Positions 61,334 through 64,000 of a stretch of 64,000 nt of DNA are shown one piece after another (position 1 is the stretch's first letter; each line of letters starts with the position of its first letter). This DNA is from Yuukianura sp. NJ FZ-2021 (lineage: Eukaryota). The stretch covers positions 5,642,001-5,706,000 of the forward strand of contig CM102289.1 of the NCBI GenBank assembly GCA_046563655.1, in the 5' to 3' direction. The notes under the pieces were generated by a model. The model was not told the DNA's origin, did not search any database, and saw only the letters and a program-made list of their open reading frames with translations. Both the position numbers and the translations under genes were made by a program.

Positions 61334-64000
61334 GACTACACATGAGACTCTCTAGCGTTACCGAATACCGAACCGCAATGAATGAATCATTGGATTGGAT
61401 CCCCTTGATGTCGGATCAGAGTTCAATTCAAAAATTCCCGCCGCCATTTTCTATTAACTTTTTATACTAGCTTTTTGAGCATCTTTGAGGTCAAGGTAAC
61501 CGTAACTTAAAATTTAAGACCCTGAAAACATTACTTTGAAGAAAACTAGGATGGAGAAGCTTGTGAATGTCAAAAGTTCAAAAAGAATGTCAAAGCAAAG
61601 CTTTTTTGAAAGTGGGATGAGATCATGAGATCAATGAGCTCGTTCCACCTATGGTCTCAGAAATGTCACTTCATTTGTACTTTGACACGGAATCATCTTG
61701 AGACCTTCACGTTGTGACAGCAAACATCCATTGTGATTTGCGTGTTAGGCGGGAAATCGGGTTTAATTTTTTCTCATATTTTGGCAATTTTATCTCCCGA
61801 AAGCGGAGTTTTCTATTCTCCTGTCATTTCCAATCTGGATTGACAGTAGCATGAAACGAAGCTAATTTGAGTTTACTAGGGAAATTATAAAAATTGTTTG
61901 TTAACCTATCAGATTCGTGTCGAACAAAATTTCATGTTTTTCCAGCTTGTCGACACAGTAGACATGTCCAGCCAACGACCAAAATTGTTTAAATGGAAAA
62001 ATTTTGACACCAATTTACGCCGGAAAAGGCAAATTCAATTTTCCGCTTCAACTGAAAAATTTGTTTCCTGGTCGAAATTCAAACAGTGAAGCGTGTAATG
62101 CAAGCAAGGAAGTGATGAAAAATTCTAAAAATTTAGCTTAGCAATGGCAGTATCCACTAAAAATTTTTTTTGCAAAATCTTTTTACGTAGCGCAACTTTT
62201 CTCTTTTTCAACACCCGCTACGACCGTCACTTTTCTCTTTTACAGTTCCGGATGGTCCAACCATCAGACACTGCCTGATTGAGTCCATTGTTAGGAATGA
62301 CAGGAGAAAAGTCTCGCTTTCACTGTGTGCACAAGTGCACAACCATTGCACACAATAACTACACAAAGTGCACAATGAGCCATGTGACACTGGACTATTC
62401 CCAGAAACTTCAATTTGGCATCGCGTGCACCATCGACTAACATGAGAATTTTTTTAAGCAGTGAAAGTTCGTGTATTACTATGTTTGTAAGTGTTCTTCT
62501 TTGTCCAAATCGTCTGCCATTTTTGTTTCTTTGTATTTCTATAATCCCTATAACTACTGTTTCCAAATACTGCATTGATTTTTTTAAAGTTGTCGACACA
62601 AGAGTTGGTCCATTTTGAACCGAAGTACCAGCATAACGAACAGTTGAGCCTGGAAGTATCTCATTCCTTTGCCCATTTCCGTCTCCTGGTGTAATTCAAG
62701 TAACTGAGGTGTGTAATGTAGGGCGGGAGAAATCGGATGCCGTTTCGGCAGAACTGGAGCATCCACTACTACCACTAGAATTTAGAATCATAGAACTTAG
62801 CCTAGTACTACAGTGCACCAACATGTCGGAAATGGCAGTTCTCCTATCCAGTTCCTTTAGACGAGCACCAAGTCGTCTTCAATTACACTTTTCAAATATG
62901 CACAACCAACTCGAACGAAACTTTCTTCAAAGGACTGCTGGAATGAGGTCATTGACCAACCGCAAATCCAGCATCATCCATTTCTCAACTCCAGCAACCA
63001 CCGCACCAGCACCAGATCTCAAATGATTCTCAAGATTCAATTGAATTCAAGCGTAACTCATCCTAAGTGTTAACTCTTAGAATTTTTGCTAACATTCAGT
63101 GTACAACACAACTCAAAAGTAGAATGAATGGTAATAGAAGGTCAATAACTCTTTGACCCCGTAAAAAGAACAGAGTTTTGTTGGTTGTTCTACGCTGAGT
63201 TAATATATAACTTGAGTTATTTTAAATTTCAAATATATTTAAATAGCGCTTATTTCGCAACTTCAAAATTTATGCTCTAATAATTTTCACAAACTAAAAT
63301 TTTCACAACATTGCTGTTTAGATATTTCCTGCTTGTACAATTGCATTTTCTTCCAAAACGTTTGACTTGAATTTATTTTTTTCTGCTTTTTCAAAATTTT
63401 GTCATTTTTGGGCTGAAAGACTGGAGAACCAGAAAGATAAAACGAAATTCACCCGGGCGTTTCTTTAAAATGTGAAAGTGACATGATGGCTTCTGGTCTT
63501 ACTTTTTGTGAATGTGTATGTGGTAAGTATGGAGGGAATTTTTGACTTTAAACGCTTACGGTTTTACAACTCTACTTGTTATCACTTGAATCATGTTCTT
63601 GTTCTGAAGGGTCATCTCTCTCTGCGACTCCTAGAAAAGTAGAGTAAAGATGATGGATTTCCTCCAGGGAGGTTTGTGGACTTTTGCGAGAACTTTCTCC
63701 ACTTTCCCCAAAGAACGTAAGAGATGGGCATTGCCTCTCTTTTTCCAAAAAAAAATAAGACTTACAAGACAGAGACGGGCAGCCGAAGCTCTTCTCCTCA
63801 TCATCCTAAAACCACCTTCAGGGAATTCTACGCGGACCAACGACTCCAAAATGTATTTCATCTTCATCACTCAAATTTCCCGCAGCTTCCCAGAAAAAGA
63901 ATTTCCAGGATAGGCTAGAAATAGTTAGGTTAGTGTATATGTCACTTTGGGTTATGTAGTCTCTCTTCACCGCACCTTCTGATCATCTTCTAAATTCGAA

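Noticed and set aside
62200..63030. Coding-like stretch that could be a decayed transposon or viral ORF
   Set aside because: Every frame I read is interrupted by stops and I recognise no domain. It would need a tblastx/HMM search to be supported.

Overview
This is eukaryotic genomic DNA, not prokaryotic: AT-rich, with many short GT-AG introns and scattered TTAGG motifs. It is most likely from an arthropod with a compact genome, and most entries in the supplied ORF track are exon fragments or noise. In order: (1) 1-9 kb: a tandem array of sepiapterin reductase (SPR)-family SDR genes, made of three divergent copies, one canonical copy and two 26-codon stubs at the duplication junctions, interspersed with foldback/MITE elements. 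(2) Glycogen debranching enzyme AGL (minus strand), with a Helentron/HINE-like insertion in one intron. (3) The homeobox gene orthopedia (minus strand). (4) Two intact but strongly diverged Drp1/DNM1L-derived dynamin paralogs flanking a small secreted CBM14 chitin-binding protein. (5) A ~23 kb Dpr-family two-Ig gene (minus strand) whose last intron holds a complete ZIP11 zinc transporter gene on the opposite strand; another of its introns holds a deleted pogo-type transposon and a 19-bp minisatellite. The strongest candidates for new biology are the SPR paralogs, whose active-site loop differs only by replacement changes, and the Drp1-derived pair with Mx-like G-domain residues and rewritten stalk motifs. 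All gene models were spliced by eye and no searches were run.
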